Source: Candidatus Saccharimonadia bacterium (GTDB taxonomy: Bacteria; Patescibacteriota; Saccharimonadia; Saccharimonadales; 2-12-FULL-41-12). Taken from it: DNA of 64,000 bases. The stretch's first letter is position 1. Each line of letters opens with the position of its first letter. The DNA lies in contig OY970327.1 in the NCBI GenBank assembly GCA_963717365.1, positions 927,752 through 991,751 on the forward strand. Direction: 5' to 3'. The notes under the pieces were generated by a model. That model saw nothing but the letters and a program-made list of their open reading frames with translations. It did no database searches and was not told the DNA's origin. Positions 27,284-36,082 of the stretch are shown here, piece after piece. Made by a program: the position numbers and the translations under genes.

Positions 27284-28476
27284 ATAAGCTTCAGGACTTG
27301 CGGAATAATCTTGATTATATTCGTCCCGCCCAGAATCTTATTGTAGAAGAATCAGCTGGTTTTTGCGACGCCTGCGGCGGCTTTGGACCGTTTCAGTTCT
27401 CGCCAATTATTACCGATAAGTTGGCTAACGAATGGTCGCTCAATAAAAAAGAGCAACATGCTTTTAGCTCGCGCGAATCAATGTTTTGTGTATTTTGCGG
27501 CTGCTCGTACCGCCTTCGGGCGCTGGCCAAAGCTATTGTTATCGAAGCGGGCAAAAACCCTAAGCAGAGCCTAAAACAATTAATCAGCAAGACAGATTTG
27601 CAGGAATTTTCTATCGCCGAAATAAATTCTGCCGGAGTTTTGCATGATATATTGCGGCATAGCAAGAAGTTAACATACTCTGAATATTGCCCGGTGGATA
27701 AATCAGTTGAACATCAGGATCTTCACAACCTCACTTATAAGGACAATTCATTTGACATAGTGCTAACGTCGGATACGTTTGAACACGTGCCTGACTACGA
27801 GAAAGCCTTAGGAGAAATTTACCGAGTCCTAAAAACGGGCGGAAAACATATTTTTACCGTACCGATGCGAACTGATAAAAAAACGAAAAACCGCACCGTG
27901 CTGCAAAACGGCAAGCCAAAGTACATAGAAAAAAAGTCATACCACGGCTCAGGAGAACCTGATTACCTGGTTTGGAACGAATTTGGAGGGGATTTTATTC
28001 ACATACTCGAAAAAGTCGGGTTTAGCGTGCAATTATACTTTCAAAATACAATTCACCTGGAAGACCCAAGCTGCGTGATTGTGGCCGGCAAGCTCAAATC
28101 CGGCTCCAAGCCAGCCAGCCAGCCTGTAAAGGTCGATATGCGTTATAGCCAGCCAAACCATCTGGCGGACCTAAAAAGGACCTATAAATTAGACACCAAA
28201 ACGGTTGATATCGGAATAGATTTTGACGAACAATACCAGCTCAAAAAAGTTGGCGAACTTGCCAACAAGGTCAGGCTTACAGGCGAACATGCTAAAAATG
28301 TCGAGGATATTAGTAAGTCGTACTTCGCGGAGATTGAAAAACTCCGGAGGTACATTGAGTCGCAGAATACTGAACTAAAGGCTAAAGATAAAGAAATCGC
28401 CGTCTTCAACAGTTCGCTGACCGGGAAAGTTTACCGCAGCAAACACGCTATTAAGCGAAAGATCACAAAAGGTTAG
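27280..28476 (+). CDS. Class I SAM-dependent methyltransferase with N-terminal Cys4 ribbon and C-terminal coiled-coil
   Basis: Cys motifs CDACGG...CVFCGC. Methyltransferase motif FDIVLTSDTFEHVPDYEKALGEIYRVLKTGGKHIFTVP. The C-terminal heptad-like region is KVGELANKVRLTGEHAKNVEDISKSYFAEIEKLRRYIESQNTELKAKDKEI. It overlaps the wzt stop (ATGA). Confidence 0.75.
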   Translation: MNKLQDLRNNLDYIRPAQNLIVEESAGFCDACGGFGPFQFSPIITDKLANEWSLNKKEQHAFSSRESMFCVFCGCSYRLRALAKAIVIEAGKNPKQSLKQLISKTDLQEFSIAEINSAGVLHDILRHSKKLTYSEYCPVDKSVEHQDLHNLTYKDNSFDIVLTSDTFEHVPDYEKALGEIYRVLKTGGKHIFTVPMRTDKKTKNRTVLQNGKPKYIEKKSYHGSGEPDYLVWNEFGGDFIHILEKVGFSVQLYFQNTIHLEDPSCVIVAGKLKSGSKPASQPVKVDMRYSQPNHLADLKRTYKLDTKTVDIGIDFDEQYQLKKVGELANKVRLTGEHAKNVEDISKSYFAEIEKLRRYIESQNTELKAKDKEIAVFNSSLTGKVYRSKHAIKRKITKG

Positions 28477-29806
28477 TTGGCTTTGTGGCGAGAGTCTCAA
28501 TAGTTTTTGAGAGTGCTGCCACCCAGTCACGCTGGATAGTGGATTTTTGCGCATTTTCGGCCCGTTTTGAGCCGCTGAGTTTTGAAGCTTCCAAAATAGC
28601 ATTCTTGAAAGCTTCTTTTTCTATATCCGCTATAAAAATGTTTTCGGAATACGAACTCAAATCCTGTTTAGTCTCCCATTTCGTTGTTACAACTGCAGCG
28701 CCTGCGGAAGCAAATTCCAACGTTGGATAGTTAGGGTGCGGCGCCATCATAGGTGATATCGCCAAGTCGGTAGACTGTACAAGTTCGTAATAATTTTGCA
28801 TATCCATTTTGCCTAAGTTAGTAATCTTAACTCCGGAGGGAAGCACGGTATCGGCTAAACTATCCTGGCCAGCCATACAAACCTCCCATTCGGTTGGCAT
28901 AAGCTGGCTGTCGGCAAACAGTTCGTCGACCGCTGTCAGGGCGAAATAAAATAAGTTTCGCGCCACAGATGGCCGCCCGTAAATAAACATTTTTTTCTTA
29001 CCGCCCTTGGTGCTCATCTGGTTGCCTACCGCGCTTACTGCCACGGCCGGCTCAAACCAAATGCCTTCTTTTTCTATGCGCTGGTAACCTTTGCTTGCCA
29101 TAAACGTATGCATAAGACGGGTATTGCAAACCGGTATAAAGCGGTCGCTTTTATATGTCCGTTCGGCTAAAACATATTTGTCGCTATTGTTATAGAAAAT
29201 CGGTTCGTAATCCTGGATAAGGTAGATGTACTTGCTCTGGAGCGGCAGCTGGTCCAGCAAGTGGGCGTCCCACCAGGCCGAAGCCATGTAGATATCCTGT
29301 GGATGGATGTCCAGATATCCATAGTGGTTGTAGCGCCGTGCCGCTAAATCCACCAGGACAATTTTATCCTCGCTTACCGTAATATTATTAGCCGCGAAAA
29401 AAGCCGTTAATTGAGAGGTTCTGGCACCGCCGTGCCGCAAGGTTTCTACTATGCGTAGCCGGTAGCCTTTTTTGTTGGCTAATAATCCCGCTAGTATCAA
29501 CGCTGTTGCTGTACCGCCAAAAAAAGAGCTGTTCTGGAGAGATGGTATTAACAAGGTGACATATGGTTGCCGGCCCGCGAGCGGCAACGCGGGATGAATA
29601 GGTGTAATTTCTGATAATGCCTCAGCTGCCATCTTCTCAAATAGAATAGTGTCATGAATTTTAATAGTAGGGTCAGTGCCATGGATAACACGGTCCGCTT
29701 TCTGCTCCACTCGCCCCGAGAAATTAGATGCCTTAGTAGAAAGCTTGCGGGTGATATGGGCAGCCTTTCTGACTCCGCGAAAGACGTTCGCTTTCTTATT
29801 ATTCAC
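28463..29806 (-). CDS. Putative glycosyltransferase (WsaF/rhamnosyltransferase-like GT-B), low-confidence function
   Basis: 447 aa. GGTATALILAGLLANKKGYRLRIV and the C-terminal PNYPTLEFASAGAAVVT resemble GT-B folds. Operonic with the GT2 gene upstream (4-nt overlap). Confidence 0.5.
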   Translation of the reverse strand: MNNKKANVFRGVRKAAHITRKLSTKASNFSGRVEQKADRVIHGTDPTIKIHDTILFEKMAAEALSEITPIHPALPLAGRQPYVTLLIPSLQNSSFFGGTATALILAGLLANKKGYRLRIVETLRHGGARTSQLTAFFAANNITVSEDKIVLVDLAARRYNHYGYLDIHPQDIYMASAWWDAHLLDQLPLQSKYIYLIQDYEPIFYNNSDKYVLAERTYKSDRFIPVCNTRLMHTFMASKGYQRIEKEGIWFEPAVAVSAVGNQMSTKGGKKKMFIYGRPSVARNLFYFALTAVDELFADSQLMPTEWEVCMAGQDSLADTVLPSGVKITNLGKMDMQNYYELVQSTDLAISPMMAPHPNYPTLEFASAGAAVVTTKWETKQDLSSYSENIFIADIEKEAFKNAILEASKLSGSKRAENAQKSTIQRDWVAALSKTIETLATKPTNLL

Positions 29807-30642
29807 CTCATAAACTCCGTAATTTTAGGCAGGAACGGATCACCTTTAGCCAGGTCATACCCATTCATATATGAACCGTAGGAATGATAGAAGTCAACAT
29901 AGGGGACAGGCTTGTAGGCGCGCGACTGGCTTTCCTTATGGATTATATGCCCGCCGCCCTGGTACCATGTTTGGTAGCCTTTTTTATTGAGACGGATACA
30001 GAGGTCAACGTCGCCACCACAAATAATGAAGCGCTCATCGAAGCCGCCGACCGAATCAAATTTCTTCCGTTCAATCATCTGGACGGCGCCGGTCACTGCT
30101 GTCATGGGGCGCGAGGCGTTCACATCGTAAGGAAATTCTTTACTATTAGCTTCCTGAACAGCTTTTTTATAAGATTTTCCAACGTATACGTGGTCGCCAA
30201 GGATGCCGGGCCGCAGGAAAACCCCACCGTGCTGGATAGTTTTACCGTCTCCATAAAGCAAGAGGCAGCCCACCATCCCAAGAGTGGGCCGGATAGCTTG
30301 CTTATGCATTTTCTCAAGCAGCCCCACTGAATTAACCGTGAACTCAGTATCGTTGTTGAGGAACAATATTGTGGAACCGGCGCTCTGCTTTACGGCCCAG
30401 TTATTTAGCTTTTGGTAATTAAAAGGCTGGTTATATTCGACTATTTTCGCGTTTTTAACGTCCGCTAAGAGCTTTTTAAGCTCTTGCAGTTCGCTTTGCG
30501 AGGAATTGTTGCTTATTAACAAAAATTCCGTTACACCAGGACCATGTTCGACGAACGAAGTTACGGCTTGGGCCGTCATTTTTGCTTTGTCTTTAAAGGG
30601 AATAATAACAGATATATCTAAGGCCAGATTTTTTTCACTCAT
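29803..30642 (-). CDS. Glycosyltransferase family 2
   Basis: ISVIIPFKDKAKMT, ILFLNNDTEF and GGDVDLCIRL are typical GT2 motifs. Confidence 0.8.
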   Translation of the reverse strand: MSEKNLALDISVIIPFKDKAKMTAQAVTSFVEHGPGVTEFLLISNNSSQSELQELKKLLADVKNAKIVEYNQPFNYQKLNNWAVKQSAGSTILFLNNDTEFTVNSVGLLEKMHKQAIRPTLGMVGCLLLYGDGKTIQHGGVFLRPGILGDHVYVGKSYKKAVQEANSKEFPYDVNASRPMTAVTGAVQMIERKKFDSVGGFDERFIICGGDVDLCIRLNKKGYQTWYQGGGHIIHKESQSRAYKPVPYVDFYHSYGSYMNGYDLAKGDPFLPKITEFMR

Positions 30643-30679
30643 CTGTGAAAATTATATCACAATGCGTAGGGCAAGCGCT

Positions 30680-33034
30680 TTAGTAGCTTGACCCGGTCGG
30701 CGAGTTGCTTATGAAAGAATCGCTCGCTCCGAAAGTATTGTTTGCATTGCCTCCAAGGTTGCGGTAGGTTGAAAAATCGCCTATAGGATGTTTTTGGCCA
30801 TCTTTTCCGTAGTAAATTGTCCCTTTGTGGTAGGCGAAAGATGCTGTTACGGAAGATAGGGGTATATTGTTTAGCAATGTGGTATCAAATGTTTGATAAC
30901 TGGTAGGGTTTATCCCCCATAAAGCGTTTACCCCTGGCGTGGCAGATATCTTTGTGCCATCTAGTGTGATGATGTATTTGTTTGAGACCGCATCAGAGGC
31001 CAGATAAGGTAATTCTTTTATAGTTTGGGTGTAGTAAGTAAATGCTTGAGTGTCTACACCATAAACGCGATTCATGCTTAATCTAAAGGTAGAAAAGTCT
31101 GACATATTACCCAGACTATAGGCAATATTATTCGAGCCAACCACGTATATGGCGGGGTTAGTGGAGAACTTAATGGAAGCACCGGGGTTAAGAACACCTG
31201 GGCCAATACCAATTCCGGAGATTGAGTCACCTGAAACTCCAAAAACATTTTGAGCCAAAGATCCACTGAGCAGGAACTCACTTATTGAGTAGAAGTAATT
31301 TACTTTACCGTTTTCAACTTTAAATATAGCGCCCGAAGGGAGTTGCCATGTGCTGGCGCTAGTAACGGGCACTACGGGAATACGATCTACCAGAGCCGTG
31401 AAATTCGTGGCATCGGTAGGCATTGGCCAAGAAGTACTAACACTGGTAAGGTCAAATTTCCTATACTGGTCAACTAAGTACTTTTTACCACCGTAGGATA
31501 TTAAGGGAGGGGGTATTGAGCTAACTACTGTGGGTGGAGTCGAATTATACGCCGATATATTATCTCCAAATACCTTATCATTCGCAGTGAACCAAGACCG
31601 GAAAGACGTAAAGGAAGGTATAGCGTAGTAGTTATTATTTAAATAGTAATAAATTGCAGGTGAAGCCGCGAACTTAACGAGTGAACTATTTTGGGAATAA
31701 CTCCGTCCCATTTGTTGCGAAGCATTGAGCTGCGTACCAACAGCTGAGACACTACCCCATCCATAACCCTTATCAAAAAGTGCCTGGGGGCTTAAGAAGG
31801 GCTCTTTCTTACCGTTATTTAACAAATACACGGTTCCCTGATGGTTCATTAAAGGCTGCAATGTTCCAGCAGGCGCAAGAATAGCTGCAAGCTGGGGAGT
31901 TAGGACTGCAACGTTATTAACGCAGTCGATAGCCCAGTGGACGCATGCGCTGCCCGAGGGGATGCCGTAACGGCGGCCGTTATCGGCCATATAAACAGTC
32001 CCATCGCCCTCTATTCTTAGCGCATTTGTCAGTAAGCCGCCATTTTGTAGGCTGCCCAGATATATGTCAGATACTGGAGTAACGGGCGTACTGGCCAGAC
32101 CGTAAGCATCTAACACGTTTCCGCTTGGAACGGCGTACTTCCTGCCTTCATGGACTAAGTATACTGTTGATCCGCTACCCATTTGGAGGAGAGTAGTAGC
32201 GACCGGATTGCCGAACCAATCGTTAAACAACCGCCAGAAATTACGGTTACCGTAGGCGCTGCATCCATCCCCGGTGCCGTATAAATTAGCTAAAGCAGCC
32301 GCATTGGGCTGGTATGGCGTATAAATATACAGGCCTGAGGTCGCTTGGTTTTGCACATAGACATTGGTACCACCACAATTAGCGTTAGGATTATACTGGA
32401 TGTAACTGGTAACAAATGGCCGGTAACTAGTAAATATGTGCCCATCCTGGGCGTAACGCTTAAACTGGCGCGCGCCGAAATAGACCTGCTTGAAGAAACC
32501 GGCAAAATTCGGATCACAAGCTGCTGTGTCGGGGCAGGCATAACCTGTTGCAGCGTTGTATTGCTTGCTCCACGGCCAATCATCAGTTACCAGTGATTGT
32601 TCCTTCTGGAGCGTGATAAGTATTACTTTTTGATTAATACCACAACTCATCCCGACTTCATATATAATCTGTGCAGCGGATTTATGCCCACCGGAAAAAC
32701 CGTTACACAGGCCGTCGCCCGCTATAGCATGAGTATCCTGCCGGTAATCTTTCATGCACGTATAAGGCGGGGGATAGCCCTTGGATGCACCGTAAGCGCC
32801 AGCCGTCGTTCCTGCGTATGGCTGCGAGCCATTAGTATCACAGTTAGGTACCTTGGAATTTAGAAAAGCCTGAACCTGGTTAGCATCCATCCCGTTGCCG
32901 TTAAAAAATATTGCGTCATCGGCAATGCGCCCGGCCTGAAACTCTGATCCGGATAACGCCTTAGCAGCATTGGCTGGAATAACGGACAGACATCCGATAC
33001 CCAGTACAACTAGCATTAATAGTTTTAGTTTCAT
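30680..33034 (-). CDS. Large secreted protein, unknown function (possible glycan/cell-wall-active N-terminal domain)
   Basis: Signal peptide LMLVVLGIGCLSVIPANA. The N-terminal region includes SAAQIIYEVGMSCGINQKVILITLQKEQSLV, reminiscent of muramidase/glucosaminidase-type modules. The long Gly/Tyr/Asn-rich C-terminal part has repeated ...YLV/YAIPS... segments. Confidence 0.6.
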   Translation of the reverse strand: MKLKLLMLVVLGIGCLSVIPANAAKALSGSEFQAGRIADDAIFFNGNGMDANQVQAFLNSKVPNCDTNGSQPYAGTTAGAYGASKGYPPPYTCMKDYRQDTHAIAGDGLCNGFSGGHKSAAQIIYEVGMSCGINQKVILITLQKEQSLVTDDWPWSKQYNAATGYACPDTAACDPNFAGFFKQVYFGARQFKRYAQDGHIFTSYRPFVTSYIQYNPNANCGGTNVYVQNQATSGLYIYTPYQPNAAALANLYGTGDGCSAYGNRNFWRLFNDWFGNPVATTLLQMGSGSTVYLVHEGRKYAVPSGNVLDAYGLASTPVTPVSDIYLGSLQNGGLLTNALRIEGDGTVYMADNGRRYGIPSGSACVHWAIDCVNNVAVLTPQLAAILAPAGTLQPLMNHQGTVYLLNNGKKEPFLSPQALFDKGYGWGSVSAVGTQLNASQQMGRSYSQNSSLVKFAASPAIYYYLNNNYYAIPSFTSFRSWFTANDKVFGDNISAYNSTPPTVVSSIPPPLISYGGKKYLVDQYRKFDLTSVSTSWPMPTDATNFTALVDRIPVVPVTSASTWQLPSGAIFKVENGKVNYFYSISEFLLSGSLAQNVFGVSGDSISGIGIGPGVLNPGASIKFSTNPAIYVVGSNNIAYSLGNMSDFSTFRLSMNRVYGVDTQAFTYYTQTIKELPYLASDAVSNKYIITLDGTKISATPGVNALWGINPTSYQTFDTTLLNNIPLSSVTASFAYHKGTIYYGKDGQKHPIGDFSTYRNLGGNANNTFGASDSFISNSPTGSSY

Positions 33035-33042
33035 AGCATACT

Positions 33043-33582
33043 CTATTTGACTTCAAATTTTCTAGGATCTGACATGCCGGTTGCCGATAGCGAGTCATAT
33101 TTAATTGATACAGACCACTCGCCCTTACTTGTAAATTCGCCAATCGGCACACTAGCCGTGGGGCAGTATACGGATTTTCCTTCTTTGACCCCGGCAACTT
33201 TCCGGGTAATAACAACACTGGCTTTAGTAAAGGTTGTCGTGCACTCTCCACCGTCTTCAAAAACATCTGATACCACTCCGGCAACATCAATTGTGGCGGC
33301 AGTTTGATTTATGTAAGTAACCAGGGGTTTAACGCTCCGCTTGCTCCCTGCTGGTGCCTGGGCTTGTTTTTCGAGCAATTTCTCTCTTTCAAGGATTCGC
33401 TCTTTATTATCAGCTGCAGCTTGTTTGTCTTCTTCTCTCGGAGGGTCAAGATTCACTGACTCGCCCGCATCAGGCGTATTGGTAGGCCGGGAAGAATCAT
33501 ACCGGATATACGCAAACGCAAGTGCTCCGATTAAGGCCGCAGGCAATAGAATGAATAGTATGATTTTTTTCTTATTTTTCAT
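33043..33582 (-). CDS. Membrane-anchored small extracytoplasmic protein, paralogue A
   Basis: N-terminal TM helix IILFILLPAALIGALAFAYI. The C-terminal ~95-aa domain aligns by eye with the 35149..35706 product (KP-VTY...V-G-V--V-EDGG-C...C...EF--KG-WSV...S...G-SD-R--E-K). Confidence 0.6.
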   Translation of the reverse strand: MKNKKKIILFILLPAALIGALAFAYIRYDSSRPTNTPDAGESVNLDPPREEDKQAAADNKERILEREKLLEKQAQAPAGSKRSVKPLVTYINQTAATIDVAGVVSDVFEDGGECTTTFTKASVVITRKVAGVKEGKSVYCPTASVPIGEFTSKGEWSVSIKYDSLSATGMSDPRKFEVK

Positions 33583-33694
33583 TGTGTTTATCTTATTACT
33601 TTGTGTAATTAATGTACCATGTAAATCAAATATTTGAAAGTATGAAAAGCACTATCCACGTTGTATAGTAGGTTATTGAAAACCACTATAATAC

Positions 33695-35140
33695 ATGAAA
33701 ATATCCATTGGCAAATTGACTCGTAAACATCGCTATAAGCCGTATACTCTATTTGTAATCCTAGCTCTTGTCTTCGGTACTTTTTTTGCTCTTTTGGTCC
33801 CACCATTTTGGGGAGCTGATGAGTCTACTCATTTTGCGCGCGTATATGATATATCGGAAGGCCATCCTCTCCCCAGGCCTGTATCAACGGGAGGATATGG
33901 GAATCAACAGCCAGCTAATTTAGTGGAACTTCTAAAATACTCACTTAATGATGTAGAAAATATTCAAACACAAAAACCCTTTTACGATAGAAATGATATA
34001 GACAACGATAATATGTATAAGACTTATGAGAGTCAAAAATTTAGCGCTCAGCAAGCAGAGCATGACTTTACGGGTGCGGCAGGCTCATTTCCTGCCGCGT
34101 ACGCCGGACCGCTTACAGGCACCTTATTCGCACGCGCGTTACATCTTAACATTGGTCAAACATTAACAGCAGCTCGACTACTTAATTTACTCACATACGT
34201 TATATTGGTAGCCGCCGCACTTCTTATTCTTAGGAATAGCAAGTGGGCTTGGCCAATGTTTATTATTGGGCTTTTTCCGATGGCTATTTTCCAGGCCTCA
34301 ATAGTCAGTGTGGATCCGCTTTCAACCGGTTTGGTCTTTATATTTTTTAGCTTATTAATAACTGTTTGGGCCAAGAAAACAATTATTACAAAATGGGAAA
34401 TACTCGCATTCCTATTTCTTGCCGCCGCAATCCCTCTCACTAAGCAGCCGTATTTTATTCTTTTATTACCCCTCCTCTTGCTACCGCATAAAAAGTGGAC
34501 CTTAAAAAAACACTCATATATATTTAAAGTAAGTTTTTTCGCCCTTCTAGTGACACCTATGCTTGCGTGGGTTCAGATTATCAAAGATATTTCTGTCGCA
34601 GGGCTGTCATCCTTACGAGGATCAGAGATTGCTTCACAGGTTAGCACTTCCGGCCAGATAAAGTACATTATTACTCATCCACTCGATTTTACAGAAGTAT
34701 TCTTCCAATCTATAGTGCAATTTGATGGCTACTGGGTAGGTGGAATATTTGGGCTACTGGGTTGGAATGTTGTCGGACTTTCGAGCATACTGGTATTGCT
34801 TCTAGCTTCTGCCTTGGTCTTAGCCACATTTTACGCTAAAGAAGACAATATAAAAGAGAAGAATTTAGTTAGGAACTTGTCTATATTGTTTTGTTCTGTT
34901 GGGTGTGTAGTTTTTACAATCGTTATCTTTTATCTTGTATACACGCCCGTGGGGTATGACCTCATCGAAGGCGTACAAGGGAGGTATTTTATTCCGGCTA
35001 TTCCATTCATTGTTTATGGTATAGGTAAAATTGTACCTATACGTGTACTTATGTCTGAAAGAGCCGCAACAGTATTATTTAGCTCTGTTGCTATGATTGG
35101 TCTCTTAGGATCATTGCTTATTTATCGCGCAGTCTTATAG
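33695..35140 (+). CDS. DUF2142-family polytopic membrane protein (GT-C-like, glycan-locus associated)
   Basis: VPPFWGADESTHFARVYDISEGH is the characteristic DUF2142 N-terminal motif. More than 10 TM helices. Confidence 0.7.
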   Translation: MKISIGKLTRKHRYKPYTLFVILALVFGTFFALLVPPFWGADESTHFARVYDISEGHPLPRPVSTGGYGNQQPANLVELLKYSLNDVENIQTQKPFYDRNDIDNDNMYKTYESQKFSAQQAEHDFTGAAGSFPAAYAGPLTGTLFARALHLNIGQTLTAARLLNLLTYVILVAAALLILRNSKWAWPMFIIGLFPMAIFQASIVSVDPLSTGLVFIFFSLLITVWAKKTIITKWEILAFLFLAAAIPLTKQPYFILLLPLLLLPHKKWTLKKHSYIFKVSFFALLVTPMLAWVQIIKDISVAGLSSLRGSEIASQVSTSGQIKYIITHPLDFTEVFFQSIVQFDGYWVGGIFGLLGWNVVGLSSILVLLLASALVLATFYAKEDNIKEKNLVRNLSILFCSVGCVVFTIVIFYLVYTPVGYDLIEGVQGRYFIPAIPFIVYGIGKIVPIRVLMSERAATVLFSSVAMIGLLGSLLIYRAVL

Positions 35141-35148
35141 CATTATCT

Positions 35149-35706
35149 TTACTTAATCTCTAGCTGCCGTGAGTCTGAATCGCCCGATGCGGTAGCCGAA
35201 GAGTATGATACCGTAACGGACCATGTGCCCTTTTGCTGAAATTCATTAGCTGGCGCGCCCATAACAGGACAATCCATTGAATTTGCTCCACGGGCTGCCT
35301 CAACCTGGCTGGTCATTGCTTCGGCTCCTTTTTGGAAAACTGCTTTGCATATTCCAAAATCTTCCACAACCCCAGTGACATATCCTCCTACTTCAACTTG
35401 GTCGTTACGCTGTTCCGCATAGGTGATTACCGGCTTTACTGCTTTTTTACCGTCAGGCCTGATTTGCCCTTCCGGGGTAACATGACGGTTTTGAGTACCC
35501 GTCTCTTTATTTTCTTCTGAGTGCTTTGTTTCTTCGGGAGGGGTCGGAGTTGAGTTTGGGTTTTCTTCCTGGATATGTTCAGGCTTTTCCATAACTTGAC
35601 CTGAATTATTATTAGCCCGTATGTAATAACCGCCCAATGTACTAATAAGAATAAGGGCGAGTGCGCCAAGTACTATTTTTTTTGAGGACTTTATACTTTT
35701 TAACAT
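35149..35706 (-). CDS. Membrane-anchored small extracytoplasmic protein, paralogue B
   Basis: N-terminal TM helix IVLGALALILISTLGGYYI. The C-terminal domain is homologous to the 33043..33582 product, with the two Cys conserved. Confidence 0.6.
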   Translation of the reverse strand: MLKSIKSSKKIVLGALALILISTLGGYYIRANNNSGQVMEKPEHIQEENPNSTPTPPEETKHSEENKETGTQNRHVTPEGQIRPDGKKAVKPVITYAEQRNDQVEVGGYVTGVVEDFGICKAVFQKGAEAMTSQVEAARGANSMDCPVMGAPANEFQQKGTWSVTVSYSSATASGDSDSRQLEIK

Positions 35707-35711
35707 AATTG

Positions 35712-36062
35712 TTATTTCTGGTTAAGAAAAACAAGCCCCGTCATTATGAGGATAATCCCAACGATTTTAGTGGCGGTAAATACCTCGTCAAAAACAAAGT
35801 ATGAAGCCACAAAAATAAGTATGTACACAAACGCAGCTGCAAGCGGGATAATGTAGCCCAGATCAAACTTTGAGATCAGATAGATATATAAGATAAAACT
35901 AAGACCATATAAGAGAAAGCCGCTTATTATGTAAGGGTTAAGGTTAAATTGAAGCTTATCGTTTATATAGCTAACCGGCAAACCAGTGGTAGTCCCTAGT
36001 TTGAGGATGACTAAACCAAGACACGTAGTAAGTATATAAAGGACGAGTATAATTTTTGACAC
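35712..36062 (-). CDS. Small 4-TM DMT/SMR-like membrane protein (possible lipid-linked sugar flippase subunit)
   Basis: 116 aa with four hydrophobic helices. Resembles EamA/ArnE-type small transporters. It sits just downstream of wbuB. Confidence 0.55.
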   Translation of the reverse strand: MSKIILVLYILTTCLGLVILKLGTTTGLPVSYINDKLQFNLNPYIISGFLLYGLSFILYIYLISKFDLGYIIPLAAAFVYILIFVASYFVFDEVFTATKIVGIILIMTGLVFLNQK

Positions 36063-36082
36063 TCATTCCATTGTACGCAAAA

